Source of the DNA: Balanoglossus misakiensis
Lineage: Eukaryota > Animalia > Hemichordata
Direction of reading: 5' to 3'
NCBI GenBank assembly: GCA_040954595.2
Contig: CM082580.2
Location: forward strand, 8,286,390 to 8,350,389
DNA length: 64,000 bases
Shown one piece after another: positions 28,044-42,200 of this stretch. Each line of letters begins with the position of its first letter. Position 1 is the stretch's first letter. Under the pieces are notes generated by a model. That model worked only from the letters and a program-made list of their open reading frames with translations. It was not told the DNA's origin and searched no databases. The translations under genes were made by a program, and so were the position numbers.

Positions 28044-29526
28044 CTGGCGAAGCAACAGAGGTTATAAAGTTAGTTTTTTTGTTTCGTCTGACTCTCATGA
28101 GCACTGCGCTGTCACATGTACATGTATATGTATAATTATTGCAATCAAAATCACGGTGACTGGAACATTTCTCGGAACCAACACTGTTTATTCCGTATGA
28201 CGTAGAAAAATGCTGCCTGGGCACTGATGGTTCTGTTGGAGAGCGGAATCATGAAACGACTGGAGATTCGATGCAATTATGCCTGAGGCTGCTGAGCGCA
28301 TCATTTGGAATTAATCCACTAACTGGAATAGAGAGACAACAATTTGCATATTGGAAGATACAGCCAAGGAAATCAAGCAAACTTAATTCCACAGCTGCCG
28401 TCAGTTGTATTTTATTTTTGGTCGCTCACTGGGGTGCCCTTCGAGAATTCTCAAGTCTCGCGTAATTACTCGTCTTCCGCCTTATCTTCCTTCAGAGATA
28501 TCGGTGTCGTGCGGTCGACTCGAAGTTGAGTCGTTCTGACGTAAGCTTTAAGGACGCTTCAAGCCTAAACAGACCTCTCGGAGCAGCGTTATTTTAGTCC
28601 GAGGAGGTTGGGTTGCATTCCACCCCCCCCCCCCCAAAAAAATGTTTTTGTTTCTTGTTGGCAGAGGTTGTTCTATGGTGATCTACTGCAGCCTTTACCA
28701 TATAGCACCGAAACATATTCAAGTCACGTCACATGTGTGCTCAAAGTTAAGCGTTTCTTCTGCCACGCATATAGAGACTTCCAATGAACGCCATTTTCTT
28801 GATTCTCGGAATAAAGTTTAAATTGGAACTGCACATTTGCTCCTAGTAAAAGTCACATATAGAAAATTAAATTTGTAACCCACGGAGCGGAGCGCGATAT
28901 GTACCTTGTTTGAATGGACAATTCATAGCGACGGAAACAGTCTATGCGGTTGCCTTCGTAGTTTGTCAGGCGCGACAATGCAAACCTAATACCGACTCTA
29001 TGATACTAATTTAATCAATCTGGGCTTCTAATAGATATTTTCATCCAGCGAACATTTTGGTTATATTTTGATAAACGACTGGAGACGCAAGAAGTGTGTA
29101 TGTGCGCCCAGTGCCCTTTTCCTCGTTTGGGTTTCTATCTGAAGCCACCTCGGAAAACTTTTGCCACCACGCCGTCGCTTCCAGAGAAATTGAAATATCA
29201 AAAATGTCACTCGGGATTTTGAGACGACAAATCGTAAGTGAAATAGTACTAATAATTGAATTACTAACGGCACTTTCACGAACGGCAATACGAACACACA
29301 GGCCATACCCCACTTGTTACCAAGGCAACGGCAAAACCTCAACAAGAGAGCGACGCTTTGGGATTCCGGTTCGATATAGACGGCTTAGGGAATGTCTCCG
29401 TAGGGCCATATAAACGCCAACACGTCAATGCAATTATTATTGAGGGATGGGGTTTCAACAGGTGTGCGTTCAGTTGGGTTATTCAGACGCCGGAGTTTTC
29501 AATTTACATGTGCGCCTCCTTGGAGA

Positions 29527-32500
29527 CGAAATTGATAGTTTACAGTGGCGTCCCACCGAGGCAGCAATTTGCATTGACGTCAGCGAAAGATGCCCTTTTT
29601 GTTTACGTCACTATACAACGTACACGTATCTGTCGCGACCGAACTGTAAAACTTGGGTAATCATGCATGGCCACTCAAAAGAAACTGATTTTTAAGCCAT
29701 GGAGGAATCAGTCTTGGAGTTATTTTTCACAAATTTGCAGCTGCGATAATTTTGCTTTCATTGAATACGCAATTCTCGAGTCATCAATAAAAGAAAAAGC
29801 GACGGCAGCTCACAAAAGGACGGTCGCGTGGAATCTATTGGTAAGCTTGCCATTTATACGGTGTCTTCTTGAGCGGTGGTGATTTTCTGACATCGCTTTG
29901 AAGTTTTTTTCCTCGAATAAAGTTTTTACCCATTCATGGCTGTATACCGAGATTGAAATTATCTCTTAAATCTCCCCGGGGAGTGCGCAGCTACAGTTCG
30001 TTAGATTTTTTTTGCTTTGAGCGACAAGCCTGTGATCTGATGAGAAAATTTCATGGTAGATAATTACGTTAGTGATTAGATAACTATACAAATCGCGGGT
30101 GCGTTCGCTATTCCATCGTGACTTTCCGGTTTAATATTGCCGCAGCCGAGTCAGAAACGCGCAATTCTGATTGGACGCAGTCATCTCATCTGAAAACAAT
30201 CGGCGAATAAAACATCAACACACACACATCAGAAGGTGAAGGCCAGGTGACTTAATTTAAAGTTACGTCATTTTTTTCGAACGGATTTTTTTTTTCTTCG
30301 TCGTTGGCAGGCATAAGCTGGTCTTATCGGACGGGCGACACGCTCTGTCTAGAAGTTCTATTACACGTGACTCTTTCCCCAGAGACCTCCCACAATATAC
30401 TGTGCTGCGCAGTCACTTAGAAGACTCGGGGTCATCCCTGACATTTACGAGGGCAAAAATTTATTGATTGACGGCTATCCAATCTTCGATTTATCACCGG
30501 TGACCGCGTCCCCGATTCTTTAATAGGATTACAGCATTAGCAGTTGTTAAGCGTCTTAGGTTTTACGCCCGACTGCCCGATTCTGGGCTCCGAACGATGT
30601 TTTCCTCAGAATGTGGCTTATTACATCAAGATTATCGTCAAGGTATCTCATCAGAGATGCTCGGGGAAAAGTTGCTTCATAGGGATGACCTGCCCCGTCG
30701 CTATCACAAGGTAACCTGTACCGTTGACACGTACACACTTTAACGAATTCATTATGTGCTCTTTAAACATAATTTAGGGTCATGGCTATTTGAGTTGCTC
30801 AGCGATTTGCACTTGGCAAAGCATTCCGTGAGCCTTGATTTTTTGGATGGTCCATAGAGGGGGCACCACTGGAAGAGTCGTAGAGTGACAACTCTGGAAA
30901 TCAAAATGTTTTTCAACATGCCGCTGCAAGTGGGGCGTGGACGAAATGCATATCAACGAAGCTAAAGTCTCAGCTGTATCTTTCACCACTGTGACATCAT
31001 CTTTGTCCCTTAACAATCTCAACTTGTGAGGACAAGAGAGCCATCAAATCTTAGTAATAACTTTCTGTAGATTGGGTCTGCGTGTGACGATAAATCTCTA
31101 CTATCCCGCCAAGACGACGAGAGGGTCCCCCGAGCAAGCATTCGGGATGGAAAACTTAATAAAATTGGAAGTATATGGATTGTTAATGCCAAGATTTGCA
31201 ACTCTCGTGCCTCTAGTAGGCCGACCTTACCTGGTGCGTGCGAAGGCCGTGCCAAACGATGTTTTTGGGCGTATAAATTACACATAATTTTGATTAATCT
31301 GGTAACTTTTAAGATGTATTGCTTCGAATCAGCGGTGCCAGTTGATTTCCGCTGTGTGTGTTGCGTTAATCAATCAAAAATGAAGTGTGAGTTCGAGGGT
31401 GTCGTCTGCGAGATGACCTGTGAGTGGCGCGCAAATGTATAGTATAGAAGCGGACCGTGAGGATTATGGGATATTTTGCGCGGGGCTTGTGAAGTGAGAC
31501 TACAAAAGTCAGGTTGAAAAGTCTCTACGGCGCAACTGTGAGTTCGGATCAAGGACTTCTCTAAGAAGCGGAAGGGTCGTCGGATGTCGGAGACTGTGAT
31601 AAAGAGAGGATTTATGGTGTGACCGCGTCTAGAATCCACCGCCTGGAAAATTGATTTACGGGACGTTCAGATCTGATCTCGTTCTGTTTGATGGAAGAAT
31701 AGTTCATATCGCTCTAATGCGGCTTTTAAGCTCTTGTAAATCAAAGCTCATTTGGGAAACAGGCGGGAACTTTGCTGTTCCTGCGTGTGTCATATTTTGT
31801 CATGACGATCGCCGTCACATACTAACCGCAGAATCGCGGGGAAAATGTCTTCTATTAAGGGGGTTCACCAACTTCATCAGTCTCTAAGGTAGACTAAAAG
31901 ATTCAGTCGTGTGCGGGCGCTCCGCGCATTGCCTATGCAAGGGTCGAAGGCAGTGCGCCTACTCGGGACTGAATCGTTCAGTCTATCTCTTATGAAGCTA
32001 CCGATAGAAGCATGCGTACATGCGCCAGTGATTGGCGGTGGCTGTGTGATACTGGGTATATGCCGTTTTACGGCACGCTGGCCGTTCAGTTCCGAAACAG
32101 GGCAGTCTCCAGACCAGGACAGCATGAAATACAGCACAGCTTCCAAGCCGGCGAGGAACAGAACAGCTCACACGGGCAAGTCCAAATTAGTAGCCACGCC
32201 GCAACACAACGTGCGGGCTTTTTCATATGGGGAAAATAATGAATGCACCACACCTGGTCACGCAAATATTCAAATTACGAAAGTAAGCGAAAACACACCT
32301 GGTCACAAAACAACAGCAAACTTTTTCTACGTAACAGCCGTTTTACCGACCTTCCAACCATGGAACCATGTCCCAGCTAAAAATACTAACAGACCAGTTT
32401 TTGTGATAACTGATGAAAGCATTTCATTGGGATGGCTAAGCAGTTTCACAACAACCCAAAACTTAGTTTCTTCATCTTATTTACAGAGATATGTACATGT

Positions 32501-35500
32501 ATAGCCTACAAGCTTTATGTCCCGAGCATGACTCAAAGCGGATAAAAGGCGCCATTATCGGCGTGACATTAGAGAAATGGCTGGACATAATTATCTGATG
32601 TTCAAGGTACGACACATTACTTTTATGTCTAAATATATCGATTTTCACTATTTCATCGTTTATATAGTTGTTGAATGAATACTGACAATAGGCCCCGTAC
32701 ATAAACTCACAAACCCCCGTAATTGACAGTTTCCCGCGTGCACGACAATTTCTCTCTCGTCGTGTCAGCGTCACTGAATCTCCGAATAACCAAACGGATA
32801 ACCTTCACGTCGTCGCATCCCGTCACCCAATGAAATAATTCCGGTAATTCAACGCTAATCGGATCACTCGCGAAGTATAATGGCTTTGCGCTCATTTTAC
32901 TACATTCAAGTAAAGAGCGTTCAGATAGGGCAGAGTTGAAAATACATGTAGATCTTCCCCGAGAGAATGTCAAAAACCGTCGGTGACGTGAAATGATGAT
33001 CACCGTGCTTTGGTATTGGCTCGGGGATCTATGCCGTTTGTTGATAGACATCTGTCGTCAAAGTCTTTGTTCTGAGATCAGTTTGGCCAATTGTTTGTAC
33101 ATGTATTATACTATACGCCATAAAGAGTTGCTCACACGATTACATTCTTCATGTTGGCGGACACAGCTTACTCCCCCCCTCCTCAAAAACAAGAAAGGGG
33201 AAGGAAAGTCATGTTGTAACACAAACCGGGGAGGTATAAATCCCATTGTTCAGGGTGCTGTTATCATGTGTGGTTAAACTCATTTGTTCTCGATCGGTCG
33301 TTGCAAGCGTATATCCCAAGACGCATCCCCGAAGCCCGCGTGCCTTTCACCGGTAATAAAGGTTTCTCTTCGGCGAAGATTCCCCTGGTTTCCGAGACTA
33401 GAAACCAAGGAGCGAATGAGTTGCTGAGAAAAAAAATCGACGCCCCCAGCAGCGTGGGCGTTAGGCATTGTGGAAACACGCACCGTTCATACAGAAACGA
33501 GCGCCCAGTTGTTTCGCTTTTTTATGGTTTTGATGCGATATCAAAGAATATCACGTCTCTATGTCCCCTGGATGTGGCTCGGAAGATGCATTAGTGCAAT
33601 GCCCCGAAATGCCTATATAAAAAAGATGCTACATGTGTTTAAGTTCATCTGTTGATCTCTTTTACTGTGGGGACACGACGGTCTGGTGAACATTATGTGA
33701 GCAGATATCTGGTTAAAAATTGTATCGTCTGTTTTGACGGTATTCGACAGAAAGCGATACTAAAATTCAGGGGAATTGCAATCGCACTGTCTCATGCCAT
33801 CTTTCTCTGTATATACGGTAACGAAAAGCATGCAGTTCCTTACAGTTGAAGCCAATGAACGTATTAATAGGAACAGACATATACCAAGAAACCACTTGAT
33901 GGTTGTCATCATTTTGAACAGAAACAATGGAGACGTGTTCGTCAAGAGTGAACAAATGGAAACTATGGCTTACTTGTATGAGATAGAAGGTGAACTTGCA
34001 CATGAACTCGCCGAAGAACCACTCGGCGACGTGGTTTGTGGCGCTGAACGGCACAGCGCACGTCAGGAAGGCCAGGTCGGTGATTGCCAAGTTCAGGATG
34101 TAATAGTTGGTCACGGTCCGCATCTGCTTGTTCTTGGCGATGACGTAGATGACGAGCCCGTTGCCGATTATTCCGATCAGGCAGATGATGCCGAAGATGA
34201 GCGGGACGAGCCACACTTCGGTGGCCATCGGCGGGTCGCCCTCGAAGAAGGGCGGCGGCGTCGAGTTCGTGGTGCCGGGGCCCTGCGACGCGTCGACCGT
34301 GGTGAGGGACGCGTTCGTGCTGAACGCGCCGACGGTCGAAATTGATAGTTTACAGTGGCGTCCCACCGAGGCAGCAATTTGCATTGACGTCAGCGAAAGA
34401 TGCCCTTTTTGTTTACGTCACTATACAACGTACACGTATCTGTCGCGACCGAACTGTAAAACTTGGGTAATCATGCATGGCCACTCAAAAGAAACTGATT
34501 TTTAAGCCATGGAGGAATCAGTCTTGGAGTTATTTTTCACAAATTTGCAGCTGCGATAATTTTGCTTTCATTGAATACGCAATTCTCGAGTCATCAATAA
34601 AAGAAAAAGCGACGGCAGCTCACAAAAGGACGGTCGCGTGGAATCTATTGGTAAGCTTGCCATTTATACGGTGTCTTCTTGAGCGGTGGTGATTTTCTGA
34701 CATCGCTTTGAAGTTTTTTTCCTCGAATAAAGTTTTTACCCATTCATGGCTGTATACCGAGATTGAAATTATCTCTTAAATCTCCCCGGGGAGTGCGCAG
34801 CTACAGTTCGTTAGATTTTTTTTGCTTTGAGCGACAAGCCTGTGATCTGATGAGAAAATTTCATGGTAGATAATTACGTTAGTGATTAGATAACTATACA
34901 AATCGCGGGTGCGTTCGCTATTCCATCGTGACTTTCCGGTTTAATATTGCCGCAGCCGAGTCAGAAACGCGCAATTCTGATTGGACGCAGTCATCTCATC
35001 TGAAAACAATCGGCGAATAAAACATCAACACACACACATCAGAAGGTGAAGGCCAGGTGACTTAATTTAAAGTTACGTCATTTTTTTCGAACGGATTTTT
35101 TTTTTCTTCGTCGTTGGCAGGCATAAGCTGGTCTTATCGGACGGGCGACACGCTCTGTCTAGAAGTTCTATTACACGTGACTCTTTCCCCAGAGACCTCC
35201 CACAATATACTGTGCTGCGCAGTCACTTAGAAGACTCGGGGTCATCCCTGACATTTACGAGGGCAAAAATTTATTGATTGACGGCTATCCAATCTTCGAT
35301 TTATCACCGGTGACCGCGTCCCCGATTCTTTAATAGGATTACAGCATTAGCAGTTGTTAAGCGTCTTAGGTTTTACGCCCGACTGCCCGATTCTGGGCTC
35401 CGAACGATGTTTTCCTCAGAATGTGGCTTATTACATCAAGATTATCGTCAAGGTATCTCATCAGAGATGCTCGGGGAAAAGTTGCTTCATAGGGATGACC

Positions 35501-38500
35501 TGCCCCGTCGCTATCACAAGGTAACCTGTACCGTTGACACGTACACACTTTAACGAATTCATTATGTGCTCTTTAAACATAATTTAGGGTCATGGCTATT
35601 TGAGTTGCTCAGCGATTTGCACTTGGCAAAGCATTCCGTGAGCCTTGATTTTTTGGATGGTCCATAGAGGGGGCACCACTGGAAGAGTCGTAGAGTGACA
35701 ACTCTGGAAATCAAAATGTTTTTCAACATGCCGCTGCAAGTGGGGCGTGGACGAAATGCATATCAACGAAGCTAAAGTCTCAGCTGTATCTTTCACCACT
35801 GTGACATCATCTTTGTCCCTTAACAATCTCAACTTGTGAGGACAAGAGAGCCATCAAATCTTAGTAATAACTTTCTGTAGATTGGGTCTGCGTGTGACGA
35901 TAAATCTCTACTATCCCGCCAAGACGACGAGAGGGTCCCCCGAGCAAGCATTCGGGATGGAAAACTTAATAAAATTGGAAGTATATGGATTGTTAATGCC
36001 AAGATTTGCAACTCTCGTGCCTCTAGTAGGCCGACCTTACCTGGTGCGTGCGAAGGCCGTGCCAAACGATGTTTTTGGGCGTATAAATTACACATAATTT
36101 TGATTAATCTGGTAACTTTTAAGATGTATTGCTTCGAATCAGCGGTGCCAGTTGATTTCCGCTGTGTGTGTTGCGTTAATCAATCAAAAATGAAGTGTGA
36201 GTTCGAGGGTGTCGTCTGCGAGATGACCTGTGAGTGGCGCGCAAATGTATAGTATAGAAGCGGACCGTGAGGATTATGGGATATTTTGCGCGGGGCTTGT
36301 GAAGTGAGACTACAAAAGTCAGGTTGAAAAGTCTCTACGGCGCAACTGTGAGTTCGGATCAAGGACTTCTCTAAGAAGCGGAAGGGTCGTCGGATGTCGG
36401 AGACTGTGATAAAGAGAGGATTTATGGTGTGACCGCGTCTAGAATCCACCGCCTGGAAAATTGATTTACGGGACGTTCAGATCTGATCTCGTTCTGTTTG
36501 ATGGAAGAATAGTTCATATCGCTCTAATGCGGCTTTTAAGCTCTTGTAAATCAAAGCTCATTTGGGAAACAGGCGGGAACTTTGCTGTTCCTGCGTGTGT
36601 CATATTTTGTCATGACGATCGCCGTCACATACTAACCGCAGAATCGCGGGGAAAATGTCTTCTATTAAGGGGGTTCACCAACTTCATCAGTCTCTAAGGT
36701 AGACTAAAAGATTCAGTCGTGTGCGGGCGCTCCGCGCATTGCCTATGCAAGGGTCGAAGGCAGTGCGCCTACTCGGGACTGAATCGTTCAGTCTATCTCT
36801 TATGAAGCTACCGATAGAAGCATGCGTACATGCGCCAGTGATTGGCGGTGGCTGTGTGATACTGGGTATATGCCGTTTTACGGCACGCTGGCCGTTCAGT
36901 TCCGAAACAGGGCAGTCTCCAGACCAGGACAGCATGAAATACAGCACAGCTTCCAAGCCGGCGAGGAACAGAACAGCTCACACGGGCAAGTCCAAATTAG
37001 TAGCCACGCCGCAACACAACGTGCGGGCTTTTTCATATGGGGAAAATAATGAATGCACCACACCTGGTCACGCAAATATTCAAATTACGAAAGTAAGCGA
37101 AAACACACCTGGTCACAAAACAACAGCAAACTTTTTCTACGTAACAGCCGTTTTACCGACCTTCCAACCATGGAACCATGTCCCAGCTAAAAATACTAAC
37201 AGACCAGTTTTTGTGATAACTGATGAAAGCATTTCATTGGGATGGCTAAGCAGTTTCACAACAACCCAAAACTTAGTTTCTTCATCTTATTTACAGAGAT
37301 ATGTACATGTATAGCCTACAAGCTTTATGTCCCGAGCATGACTCAAAGCGGATAAAAGGCGCCATTATCGGCGTGACATTAGAGAAATGGCTGGACATAA
37401 TTATCTGATGTTCAAGGTACGACACATTACTTTTATGTCTAAATATATCGATTTTCACTATTTCATCGTTTATATAGTTGTTGAATGAATACTGACAATA
37501 GGCCCCGTACATAAACTCACAAACCCCCGTAATTGACAGTTTCCCGCGTGCACGACAATTTCTCTCTCGTCGTGTCAGCGTCACTGAATCTCCGAATAAC
37601 CAAACGGATAACCTTCACGTCGTCGCATCCCGTCACCCAATGAAATAATTCCGGTAATTCAACGCTAATCGGATCACTCGCGAAGTATAATGGCTTTGCG
37701 CTCATTTTACTACATTCAAGTAAAGAGCGTTCAGATAGGGCAGAGTTGAAAATACATGTAGATCTTCCCCGAGAGAATGTCAAAAACCGTCGGTGACGTG
37801 AAATGATGATCACCGTGCTTTGGTATTGGCTCGGGGATCTATGCCGTTTGTTGATAGACATCTGTCGTCAAAGTCTTTGTTCTGAGATCAGTTTGGCCAA
37901 TTGTTTGTACATGTATTATACTATACGCCATAAAGAGTTGCTCACACGATTACATTCTTCATGTTGGCGGACACAGCTTACTCCCCCCCTCCTCAAAAAC
38001 AAGAAAGGGGAAGGAAAGTCATGTTGTAACACAAACCGGGGAGGTATAAATCCCATTGTTCAGGGTGCTGTTATCATGTGTGGTTAAACTCATTTGTTCT
38101 CGATCGGTCGTTGCAAGCGTATATCCCAAGACGCATCCCCGAAGCCCGCGTGCCTTTCACCGGTAATAAAGGTTTCTCTTCGGCGAAGATTCCCCTGGTT
38201 TCCGAGACTAGAAACCAAGGAGCGAATGAGTTGCTGAGAAAAAAAATCGACGCCCCCAGCAGCGTGGGCGTTAGGCATTGTGGAAACACGCACCGTTCAT
38301 ACAGAAACGAGCGCCCAGTTGTTTCGCTTTTTTATGGTTTTGATGCGATATCAAAGAATATCACGTCTCTATGTCCCCTGGATGTGGCTCGGAAGATGCA
38401 TTAGTGCAATGCCCCGAAATGCCTATATAAAAAAGATGCTACATGTGTTTAAGTTCATCTGTTGATCTCTTTTACTGTGGGGACACGACGGTCTGGTGAA

Positions 38501-39148
38501 CATTATGTGAGCAGATATCTGGTTAAAAATTGTATCGTCTGTTTTGACGGTATTCGACAGAAAGCGATACTAAAATTCAGGGGAATTGCAATCGCACTGT
38601 CTCATGCCATCTTTCTCTGTATATACGGTAACGAAAAGCATGCAGTTCCTTACAGTTGAAGCCAATGAACGTATTAATAGGAACAGACATATACCAAGAA
38701 ACCACTTGATGGTTGTCATCATTTTGAACAGAAACAATGGAGACGTGTTCGTCAAGAGTGAACAAATGGAAACTATGGCTTACTTGTATGAGATAGAAGG
38801 TGAACTTGCACATGAACTCGCCGAAGAACCACTCGGCGACGTGGTTTGTGGCGCTGAACGGCACAGCGCACGTCAGGAAGGCCAGGTCGGTGATTGCCAA
38901 GTTCAGGATGTAATAGTTGGTCACGGTCCGCATCTGCTTGTTCTTGGCGATGACGTAGATGACGAGCCCGTTGCCGATTATTCCGATCAGGCAGATGATG
39001 CCGAAGATGAGCGGGACGAGCCACACTTCGGTGGCCATCGGCGGGTCGCCCTCGAAGAAGGGCGGCGGCGTCGAGTTCGTGGTGCCGGGGCCCTGCGACG
39101 CGTCGACCGTGGTGAGGGACGCGTTCGTGCTGAACGCGCCGACGGTCG
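29527..39148. repeat. Direct tandem duplication, 2 x 4,810 bp (29527-34336 and 34337-39146, plus 2-bp CG microhomology)
   Basis: All ORFs lying fully inside the unit recur identically at +4810. Identity starts at cgaaattgatag (29527/34337) and ends at gacggtcg (34338/39148). No difference seen in spot checks. Confidence 0.97.
33974..34338 (-). pseudogene. 5'-truncated duplicate of GPCR B exon 1 lying inside intron 1
   Basis: Identical to 38784-39148. Lacks the native ATG, the first ~6 codons and the native splice acceptor, but keeps the GTAAGC donor. Confidence 0.85.
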
Positions 39149-39167
39149 TCGCCGCAGTCGTTGCCAT
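38784..39167 (-). CDS. KISS1R: Kisspeptin receptor (GPR54)-like GPCR B, coding exon 1
   Basis: MATTAATT... with sequons NAS and NST. WLVPLIFGIICLIGIIGNGLVIYVIAKNKQMRTVTNYYILNLAITDLAFLTCAVPFSA and WFFGEFMCKF closely parallel vertebrate KISS1R TM1-TM3. Phase-0 donor CAA|GTAAGC; 384 nt. Confidence 0.92.
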
Positions 39168-39225
39168 CCCCGTCTTTGCAATTGCAGTTTCTTCCTTGAC
39201 GGACGGCGTGTCGTTCTGTCGGTTT

Positions 39226-39260
39226 CTGTATGACGGACAAGAAAACAAATTGTGAATTCT
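39226..39260 (-). promoter_or_regulatory. Splice acceptor of a 5'UTR intron of GPCR B
   Basis: Minus strand atttgttttcttgtccgtcatACAG|A, 58 nt upstream of the ATG at 39167. Confidence 0.55.
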
Positions 39261-42200
39261 TTATCAGAGGTATGACGGCGCACAGTGGTACCCAGCGACG
39301 GACACTCTTGCGAAGCTGTGTAGACAGACAGACGATACTCTGGCAAATGATTTGATACAGCGAGTCATCCCTCGCAACAGAAACCAAACACTTGTTAGCA
39401 GTGTCACGTGAGACCACATTTGCATACATGGCATTGTCATGGTGACGCAAGTATCCTTGCGGTAGTTCTCGCTGTCAACGCGCTCGACATTGCTTTTTAA
39501 TTTTCTTCGAAAATTTAAACACACGGCCTCTTTACATGTCGCAACGGACGACCGAAAGGGGCCGGCGACGTTGCGCGGCGCACATGGCTGGCGATCGTGC
39601 TAACTTCCTCGCATTGATTTCAGAGCGACTCGTATGCATTATCGCTGTTTACCGCACAAGCACCCAGTCGACCGGCGTTACCGTAGCAAGTTTTGCCGGT
39701 CGTAAATTCACAATCGAAGTGACGTCTCTTTTACTGACTCAGATGTTATCCGCGTGGCATGAACAATTCTTCCGTAATTCACACGTCACTTTACTAGCGC
39801 AGTGCGATGCTCACACGCTGATGGGAATGCTTTCACGGATGATTTGAGCGGAAGATGGAATAGCGCGCGGCCCTGCACCATTTTGATTGTATTGAGAAAC
39901 AATTGGACGGGCTCGTCGGCAGCCTGAACCAAGGAAGTCGGTACGGGCACAAAAAGGGCCTAACAACAGCATTTCCAATGCTTAAAGTGCCGATTATATC
40001 GAAAAGCGGTTGTGCGGATTTCGCAAACGAAGGTAATTCCGAAAAAAATAAATTACACTTGCATTCTGCAGTTGGTAACACGCTCATCTCACGCGTGGTT
40101 TGCCTCGTTATTGTCGATCGGAGGCAGCTAGCAGAGTCGGCGTTCGGGTTTCCATCAGGCAGAAACCGTAACCCCATCAATTGACTTACAGCAAGCGAGA
40201 TTCTGTCAGGAACACGAAAACAACAGTATAATCCGTACAAAGCTTTTCTGATCTCGGGGAGGTTGTTACGCATGATATCAAGAACTGTCTGCACACTTCG
40301 GCGGGCTTTCTCACTAGAGCGTGAATAAGCGTGACAAAGGTTTTCCTTTCTTTACAAAAAAAGTCTACATGTATTTACGAGATAAGGGCGATGAAATGCG
40401 CCACGCTAATGTGATATATGTTTCGCAGGAGAGAAAAACAGCGAGATTATGACGTTCATGAAGAGTGACTGGTCTTTAATCATGTTGAAAGTGGTAGCTA
40501 TAGGGATATTCTTCAAATTTTACTAAGTACATAGCATGATATTACTAGCTACATAGGCCTACATAGATACATAGATAGATACATATGATGAAAGACTTGA
40601 AGTGGACTATCCACTGAGATTTTTTCTTCATGCACATGTCCTGAGGGGGAATCACATTTTAAGGCTATACGCATGCTCGCCGCGGTCTCGGTCATCATCT
40701 CCCGCTTTTTTCGCCCCTTGGTGTTTTTTATCTTTGACAAGGGAACCTTTGATGAAATCCACTGATTTCTGACCCCTATTGGTGACTCAAGCATGACTTT
40801 TGACAACACATCTATATGAGGTTATGTTCGCGTCATGATATTCGTGCTATATGCACGTGGTTCATCCCGTTGCAGAAAATCCAGAATTATGACGTCAGAG
40901 TTTGGCCAAAAAAATTGATTTTGACCTCCTCTTTAAAGAAAAAAAATATTTTGTTTTGTAGTTTAAACAGTCCGCACTATACATGTACAATATCAGAGAA
41001 GAACGTATCCCCGATACATGTATACAGCACGAGAAGAATTCATAGACTTGGCGTACACATAGATCAGACATCATGGAGGTTCATTGCCAAGGATACAAGA
41101 TGCTGTCTTGTACGATGACCAAGAAAGTGCTCTTGACAAGCGCCATTTTGTCCAGGTGATAATGAAGGCCGGTTTCTATAGTCGCACAAGAGGTTTCATT
41201 CACACCATAAATGATATATTACTCGAGCTTGTGTTTGTGGCGTTTGTCTTGAAAGAAACACTACTCAACCATATACATGTATTATGTAACGACCGATAAT
41301 ATTCTTTGTGTGTTTGGCCATAGAGAGTCATTAGCCTTGCACGAGCAAATTAGTACCCTCCAGCTATCGACCTACATTAATACATCTTTGTCATGTATTT
41401 CCCGGAACTTCTGACTGCGACAAAGCACGTTATCAGTGTGTTGTTTTGAGAAGTATGTTTATTCTGATGCGTTATTTCGCTGGTGATTGAAGCTTGAAGC
41501 GCGCAATATTGTTTGTCGGCGATGGCAATAAAAATGGCCGTTACTGATATATATCCTTTTATTGAGAAGCCAAAGACTGAACATTTCATGAAGCTATCCA
41601 GATAAGAACAGGAAACCGGAGTTGATACATTGGATAAAATATTGAAAAATAACCGAAAGGTACGGTTACTGGGGCTTAATATTATATAAGGTGTATAGAT
41701 GACTATGCGGAATGCTTCTTAATGTAAATACACTCATATTTCGTCTATACCATAATTTAATGTATGGCAAGCCCTGTTTATAATGAATGATTTTTTGATT
41801 CTGTATTGCGATTTTTTTTATTCAAAAGTAGGACTGGTCGTGCTCACGGACACGATTTATTTTTTGTTTATTCAAAACCCATTTTTCAGCGAAAATTATT
41901 GGTCTGCCTACGCGTGCTACCGTGATATGACTGTTGGCGCGCAGTAATCCCCACACCGACCTTGTCTGACTGCGTTAAATATCTTTTTATTCTTTGGCGG
42001 TAAGAATTATGACTATATAGCGCCCAAAAGAACATTCAGTCAAGTACCGTCTGGAGAAACTAAAACATTTCACCTTTCTGTGATATATTGTCTTGCAAAA
42101 ACCGACGTTATGTTATACCTTCACAATTCATTTCATGTTCGTGGTGACCAACTCCGCGTCACAGCGGAAGTGACTGATATTCTGAGAAGAAACGTTCCAC

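Noticed and set aside
31911-32504. 197-aa ORF (and its copy at 36721-37314)
   Set aside because: GTG start, no recognisable domain or codon bias, intronic; it recurs only because of the duplication.
29527-39148. Interpreting the two 4.8-kb copies as LTRs or a transposon
   Set aside because: The copies abut directly, contain host exon sequence, and lack TG..CA ends, TSDs or internal gag/pol.
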